Below are positions 60,601-64,000 of a DNA stretch of 64,000 nucleotides, in pieces. Source of the DNA: an uncultured Holophagales bacterium (GTDB taxonomy: Bacteria; Acidobacteriota; Thermoanaerobaculia; Multivoradales; UBA5704); contig CAWJGT010000003.1 in the NCBI GenBank assembly GCA_963842525.1, positions 64,001-128,000 of the forward strand, written 5' to 3'. Position 1 is the first letter of the stretch; each line of letters opens with the position of its first letter. The position numbers and the translations under genes are program-made. Below the pieces are notes generated by a model that ran no database searches, was not told the origin of the DNA, and was given only the letters and a program-made list of their open reading frames with translations.

Positions 60601-61291
60601 CCCAGCGATCAGATTGGGCGCCTTTGCGATCCTCGCGAACGTCAACGGCAAGGGCCAAGGGAACTTCGACATCTCGGGCAACGGCACTGCGGCCAACCCG
60701 GTGACAAACGTCATTGGCAATGCGATTTCGCAGGGCTCTTTCGGACAGGCGATCGTCACCTCGAACATCAACAACAACGTCATCGTTGCGAATAACCAAG
60801 CCGGCGCGCAGGGCATCGGCGCCGGTACGAGCCAGACCTTCGGAGCCGCCGATACGCCGAGCCTGACGGTCACGATTTCGAACAACCAGATCAGCCAGAC
60901 CGACGGCAACGGTATCCTCGTGACAGCGCGCGACGCCACAGGGACGGTCCGGGCGAAGATCCAGAACAACACCGTAGCAGCGCCTCTTGGCGGAAATAGG
61001 AACGGCATCCGGGTGGACGCCGGCAACGCCGTGAGCGTCAACGACTCCGTGTGCCTGAACATCTCGGGTAACACCAGCGCAGGCGTCGGCCTCTCTCCGG
61101 AGGGTATCGGTCTTCGCAAGCAGGGAACCATTGCGGCTACCAACAACTTCGCCCTTCACGGGTTTGCGACTTCCCCTGCCAACCAGGCGCAGACTGCGGC
61201 CTACTCCACATCTCAGAATCCGGGGAGCGCGAGTGGGACGTTGATCATCAGCGGCGACAACTTCAATTCCCCAACCTGCTCGTTCCCGTGA
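54632..61291 (+). CDS. Giant secreted repeat surface protein/adhesin (2219 aa)
   Basis: Signal peptide; N-terminal CRIYDSR/CGLP domain; Ig/cadherin-like NDAP repeats; Asn/Thr/Gly-rich beta-helix-like C-terminal half. Confidence 0.85.
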   Translation: MNALRLARTRSGLALLLTVLSLALAASFVPASAFAAGGATDPYTLGVCRIYDSRVSGGPIVINPPDLEAIRTIPVIGGACGLPADTRHVTLNVTVVEATAPGQVSLSPGDIAPPALPPAPPGGEALAVAGLYFDPGFPGRSTLPNPMTVQLAGDGSGTIKVAARLRNQPAAGAYPLSFHLVLDINAHFRDSAVAQDDAPPDIPTVPEDSAPTTIDVRANDLGPPGGGPFSIDSVTQPANGEVVITNSGADLTYEPNPDYCNSPGGTPDTFTYTLEPSPSTATVSMTVICSNDAPVVDLDPDDSGGNRPDFTATFTEGSGGVKIGDTDLATSDADDTNLQSATITLTNRPDGDGVESLSADTTGTAITALYTPATGVLALTGPDTVANFQQVLRTVEYDNTSINPDTTARSITVVADDGDDVSATVTSTINIGATNDAPELTAGGVLNYAEDDPPTAIDTTITVSDDDDTNLESATAQITGNYQNGQDVLSFVDTPNITGVFTAATGTLTLTGTDTLANWQTALRSVRYNNTSDNPSTLARTVTWIASDGSDPSAPVTSTINVSTTNDAPELTAGGVLSYTENDPPAAIDTTITVSDDDDTNLESATAQITGNYQNGADVLSFVDTPNITGVFTAATGTLTLTGTDTLANWQTAMRSVRYNNTSDNPSTLARTVTWIASDGSASSTPVTSTVNVSATNDAPELTAGGVLNYAEGDPPAAIDTTITVSDDDDTNLESATAQITGNYQNGADVLSFVNTPNITGIFTPATGTLTLTGSDTLTNWQTALRSVRYNNTSDNPSTLARTVTWIASDGSDPSAPVTSTINVSTTNDAPELTAGGALTYTENDPPAAIDTTITVSDDDDTNLESATAQITGNYQNGQDVLSFVNTPNITAIFTAATGTLTLTGSDTLANWQTALRSVRYHNTSDNPSTLARTVTWIANDGDASSTPVTSTINISAVNDAPELTAGGALSYTENDPPTAIDTTITVNDDDNTNLQSATAQITMNYQNGQDVLSFVNTPNITAVFTAATGTLTLTGSDTLANWQTALRSVRYHNTSDNPSTLTRTVTWIASDGSALSTPVTSTINVTAVPDAPTCNPLPGALNYSTPGNTQLHAAGATLPGVTSISDPKNALTAANATDADGPPPITVVPFSGNTSGGDWVLNGDGSFTFVPNAGFTGPATLAFQVKDNGGATGSCATINVNVGPRVWYIHDVVDGNNPAGGDGRSTNAFDSVTAFNTAATDNNGDIIFVFEGNTGATPHTGSITLKDGQKLWGQGIALNVPGFGTPLVTATNKPRIRTTTASTNVVSVPATAGNRSNVEIRGLDLEATGATSNAIDVTSSGGNTVGITINDNNVRGATAEGIDLNAGATAAFSATVQNNTVTAAGNGIDTRVSSTGTTTVTASSNMITSTGGNAFDARTLAGASALRVALDSSNVAAAGTGILIDGSVAGTTTITGFANNVVDGSTVGTGISITSATFDANTTTAGFQQVSGGNTVVGATGVGNGVGGSGIFMTNVAGDLAFTDLSVFAEGVGGTGLRINGTGAVNTGAGTGTRVTVNSAAPGRIIEATGGPAVDVNNATIDLQLSSLKSTTTSTGVSLVNVSDGSTTNAFFSAPSGSSITASSGAGPAFNVSGGNAKITYGGTITNNGTGRAVSIATWSGDDAVPGDDLLLSGAIDENGAGILVNGNGGSRSITFSGGMDIDTTTGEGFAATSNTNTGGLHITGTNDITSTSATALRVTSTTIGSSNLNFRNISSGNNTAAADPASGIVLSNTGSLGGLTVTGTGSADSGGIIQNTTSHGISLTSTLSPSFSRMRIQNTAGNGVRGTQVTNFTFTNGTIDNSGTDLAAERSNIAFNDTAAGTENNLSGTVTITGNTLTNAYYHGVDIFNFNGTIADATISSNTITSTSSTATSKGSGIRFVAFGSATTVANVTKATIANNVVSNFPSATGIQAQGGNGNAAGPAGVFGTSGSATNVIAITGNRVAGFSPAIRLGAFAILANVNGKGQGNFDISGNGTAANPVTNVIGNAISQGSFGQAIVTSNINNNVIVANNQAGAQGIGAGTSQTFGAADTPSLTVTISNNQISQTDGNGILVTARDATGTVRAKIQNNTVAAPLGGNRNGIRVDAGNAVSVNDSVCLNISGNTSAGVGLSPEGIGLRKQGTIAATNNFALHGFATSPANQAQTAAYSTSQNPGSASGTLIISGDNFNSPTCSFP
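55931..57895 (+). repeat. Five tandem 393-bp (131-aa) intragenic repeats
   Basis: NDAPELTAGG units start at 55931, 56324, 56717, 57110 and 57503; a diverged unit precedes them. Confidence 0.95.
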
Positions 61292-61388
61292 GGGGAGAGG
61301 AGCCGGGAAGGTCGGAATCGTACTTTGGGAGAGGAAACAGTAGCCGATCCGGAGCCCGACGAGCTCCAGAAAAGGAGGAGGAGGGAGA

Positions 61389-61895
61389 ATGGCGGAACCG
61401 TTCTTGTCCGAGATACGGATCATGAGCTTTGTCTACGCCCCGAAAGGTTGGGCCCTCTGCAATGGGCAGCTCCTGCCCATCAATCAGAACCAGGCGCTCT
61501 TCTCACTGCTTGGCACCACCTTCGGCGGTGACGGTCGCGTGAACTTTGCGCTTCCTGATCTGCGTGGCAGGACACCCATCCATGTCGGCTCCGGTCACAC
61601 ACTGGGCGAGCGCGGAGGCGAGCAGGCTCATACGCTCTCAATCGCAGAGCTCCCCGAGCACGTCCACGTGTGGAACGCGAATGGGTCACCCGCGACGACC
61701 AATACGCCCACCAACGCGCTGTTGTTAGCGGGGTCCACGGGCGAGCAGGCCTGGGGGCCGGCCACCAACCTGGTCGCCATGAGCCCGGCGACGATCCTCA
61801 ACGTGGGCGGCTCACAAGCACACCTGAACATGCAACCTTTTTTAACCCTCAGCTTCTGCATCGCCCTGCAGGGCATCTTCCCGAGCCCGAACTAG
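61389..61895 (+). CDS. Phage tail-collar domain (MdpB-like) protein 1
   Basis: FLSEIRIMSFVYAPKGWALCNGQLL..NQALFSLLGTTFGGDG..FALPDLRGR; C-terminal QPFL...CIALQGIFP. Confidence 0.9.
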   Translation: MAEPFLSEIRIMSFVYAPKGWALCNGQLLPINQNQALFSLLGTTFGGDGRVNFALPDLRGRTPIHVGSGHTLGERGGEQAHTLSIAELPEHVHVWNANGSPATTNTPTNALLLAGSTGEQAWGPATNLVAMSPATILNVGGSQAHLNMQPFLTLSFCIALQGIFPSPN

Positions 61896-61908
61896 GAGGA
61901 GAGCCGCA

Positions 61909-62418
61909 ATGGCACAACCATATGTCGGTGAGATCCGCATGTTTGCCGGGAACTTCGCTCCCGCCGGATGGATGTTCTGCGAGGGGCAACTCCTGCCAAT
62001 CTCCGAGAACGAGACGCTCTTTCAACTGATCGGGACGACCTATGGCGGCGATGGAGAGTCGACCTTCGCTCTGCCCGACCTGAGGGGCCGCATCCCGATC
62101 CACCAAGGGAACGGCTTCATCCTGGCGGAAACTGGGGGTGCGGAGGAGATCACGCTGACCGTCAATCAAATCCCCGCGCACTCCCACGCCGCGCTCGGGT
62201 CGACGAACACGGGCACCGGGACGGCGCCGCTGAACAGCGTGCTGTGCAACTTGGCAGGCGCCACCAACGCGGGCTACGGGACGGACAACCCGCAAACCAA
62301 CCTGAGCCCGCAGAGCGTGTCGCCGGTCGGTGGAAGCCAGCCACACACGAACTTCCAGCCCTACCTGTGCGTCGATTTCATCATTTCATTGTTCGGGATC
62401 TTCCCGAGCCCGACCTAG
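61909..62418 (+). CDS. Phage tail-collar domain protein 2
   Basis: YVGEIRMFAGNFAPAGWMFCEGQLL...GTTYGGDG..FALPDLRGR; AGGAGG RBS. Confidence 0.9.
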   Translation: MAQPYVGEIRMFAGNFAPAGWMFCEGQLLPISENETLFQLIGTTYGGDGESTFALPDLRGRIPIHQGNGFILAETGGAEEITLTVNQIPAHSHAALGSTNTGTGTAPLNSVLCNLAGATNAGYGTDNPQTNLSPQSVSPVGGSQPHTNFQPYLCVDFIISLFGIFPSPT

Positions 62419-62426
62419 GAGGAGAC

Positions 62427-62945
62427 ATGGCGGATCCGTTCGTTGCGGAAATCCGGATCTTTCCGTTCAACTTCGCACCCAGGGGATGGGCATGGTGCGA
62501 TGGGCAGTTGATGCCGCTGTCGCAGAACACGGCGTTGTTCTCGTTGTTGGGTACCACCTATGGGGGAGACGGCAAGTCCAACTTCGCGCTGCCGGACCTC
62601 CAAGGCCGAGCTCCAATGCACCCCGGCCAAGGTCCAGGACTCTCACTGCACGACCTCGGAGAGACCGGGGGTAGCGAGACGGTCACCCTGCTCGAAAGTG
62701 AGATTCCATCGCACAGCCATGCCCTGCGAGCCTCCGCGCAGGACGGGACGACGCGCATCGTAGCCGGACAACAACCGGCAACGGGTATCGGAGTTTCTTT
62801 CTATGGGCCGCAGCCCTCGACCGTGACCCTTAGTCCCAGTGCGCTTACACCCGCCGGTGGCGACCAGCCGCACAACAACCTTCAGCCATACCTGACTTTC
62901 TACTTCTGCATCGCGCTCCAGGGCGTCTTCCCGCCCCGGGGCTGA
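62427..62945 (+). CDS. Phage tail-collar domain protein 3
   Basis: MADPFVAEIRIFPFNFAPRGWAWCDGQL...FALPDLQGR; AGGAGG RBS. Confidence 0.9.
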   Translation: MADPFVAEIRIFPFNFAPRGWAWCDGQLMPLSQNTALFSLLGTTYGGDGKSNFALPDLQGRAPMHPGQGPGLSLHDLGETGGSETVTLLESEIPSHSHALRASAQDGTTRIVAGQQPATGIGVSFYGPQPSTVTLSPSALTPAGGDQPHNNLQPYLTFYFCIALQGVFPPRG

Positions 62946-63021
62946 CCAACGAGCTACACCGGGCGGCGGCTGGATGAGCCGCCGCCTTTGCATAGATGCT
63001 TTTATTTATCTGTTCGCAGAG

Positions 63022-63546
63022 ATGATCGCCGAGAGACCAGCGCCACCGTCCGTCGTCCTCCGTCCGATCACGGCGGAGGACATGGATTTCCTTCTCCGGC
63101 TCTATCGCAGCACCCGGGAAGAGGAGCTGGCGATGGTCGTGGACTGGTCCGAGGAGCAGAAGGACTGGTTCATCCGCATGCAGTTCAACGCCCAGCATGC
63201 GTGGTACCAGGAGCATTACGTCGGGGCTTCCTTCGACGTGATCCTGGTCGATGGCGAGCCTGCCGGACGCCTCTATGTCCACCGGCGCGAACGCGAGATC
63301 CGGCTGGTGGACATTTCCTTCCTGCCTGAGCTTCGCAACCGCGGTCTTGGCTCGGCTCTTCTGCACGGCCTCATGGCGGAGGCCGAGGCGGCGGGAAAAC
63401 CGCTCACGATTCATGTCGAGAAATACAACCCCGCCATGCGCCTTTACGAGCGGCTCGGCTTCAAACCCATCGGCGAGACCGGGCCGTATGACCTCATGGA
63501 ATGGAAGGCGCCTGGGGCGGCTGATCAGTTGAACACCGCCTCATAG
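63022..63546 (+). CDS. GNAT N-acetyltransferase
   Basis: LYRSTREEEL, QFNAQH, LVDISFLPELRNRGLG, NPAMRLYERLGF. Confidence 0.9.
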   Translation: MIAERPAPPSVVLRPITAEDMDFLLRLYRSTREEELAMVVDWSEEQKDWFIRMQFNAQHAWYQEHYVGASFDVILVDGEPAGRLYVHRREREIRLVDISFLPELRNRGLGSALLHGLMAEAEAAGKPLTIHVEKYNPAMRLYERLGFKPIGETGPYDLMEWKAPGAADQLNTAS

Positions 63547-63818
63547 CACATCCCCTGTCCATCCGGGCCGATGGGGACCAGGAAGATGTCTATCGGCTCC
63601 ATCTGCACGTGCTCCACCCGGTAGATGGCCTGCGGCAGGACGGTCTGGCGCGGGCCGCGGAAGTACACCGAATAGGGCTGCTTGCGGGGGCCGTCGTGCG
63701 GCTCGTGCAGCCGCACCTGGTAGAGGACGGCTTCCAGCGGAGCCTCGGCGCCGTAATGGATGCGGAAGGGCGTATTGAGATGCTCCTCGAACGAGGAGTG
63801 GGTTAAATCCTGCAGCAT
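63525..63818 (-). CDS. DUF6916-like small protein
   Basis: LTHSSFEEHLNTPF...RKQPYSVYFRGP...LPQAIY...IFLVPIG...YEAVFN. Confidence 0.75.
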   Translation of the reverse strand: MLQDLTHSSFEEHLNTPFRIHYGAEAPLEAVLYQVRLHEPHDGPRKQPYSVYFRGPRQTVLPQAIYRVEHVQMEPIDIFLVPIGPDGQGMCYEAVFN

Positions 63819-63912
63819 GGATCGATTCCTCCTGTCTGGGCTCAGCCCGACTCTAAACGACCGGGACGGGGATGTCGACCCGCCAAGCGAGCCGCTGCGA
63901 TAAGCTGAGGGC

Positions 63913-64000
63913 ATGGGACGAACGGTCGTTGCCTTCGCAGCGCTGCTCGCCTTCGGAGCTGTCGCCGTCCATGCCTCCGGCAGCCCCACGTGGCTCGAGC
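63913..64000 (+). CDS. N-terminus of a secreted protein (continues beyond window)
   Basis: GAGGG RBS followed by MGRTVVAFAALLAFGAVAVHASGSP signal peptide. Confidence 0.55.
   Translation, partial: MGRTVVAFAALLAFGAVAVHASGSPTWLE

Noticed and set aside
61389-62945. Prophage or tailocin
   Set aside because: No integrase, capsid, terminase, sheath, tube or lysis genes in the window.

Overview
High-GC (visually about 70%) bacterial chromosomal window. Gene content and repeat families suggest Acidobacteriota, probably class Thermoanaerobaculia (inference). From left to right: (1) a minus-strand, mostly translationally coupled biosynthetic-type operon running off the left edge (two B12-binding radical SAM enzymes, two GNAT-like proteins, a GH3 amide ligase, an AurF-like diiron oxygenase, a membrane desaturase, a Rieske oxygenase); (2) a 124-bp non-coding tandem array; (3) housekeeping and signalling genes (NtrY-like kinase, cdd, mdh, SpoIIE phosphatase); (4) two tandem, promoter- and terminator-bounded small-RNA candidates; (5) a HEPN-MNT pair, SWIM-SNF2 helicase, YdbS/T, ybbAP-tesA, mazG, dnaK-hsp20-hspR, Uma2, a DnaC-like ATPase, SpoIID, deoC-ALDH and vapBC; (6) an intact IS3 element; (7) a copper operon and pfkA; (8) a kinase-receiver-sigma54-activator fusion followed by enhancer palindromes, a consensus sigma54 promoter and a candidate anti-Shine-Dalgarno sRNA; (9) rsgA; (10) a giant repeat adhesin followed by three tail-collar proteins, a GNAT and a DUF6916-like gene. 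Several single-base indels, probably long-read errors, break otherwise intact genes. No rRNA, tRNA or CRISPR array was seen. All calls are from reading the sequence; no database searches were run.
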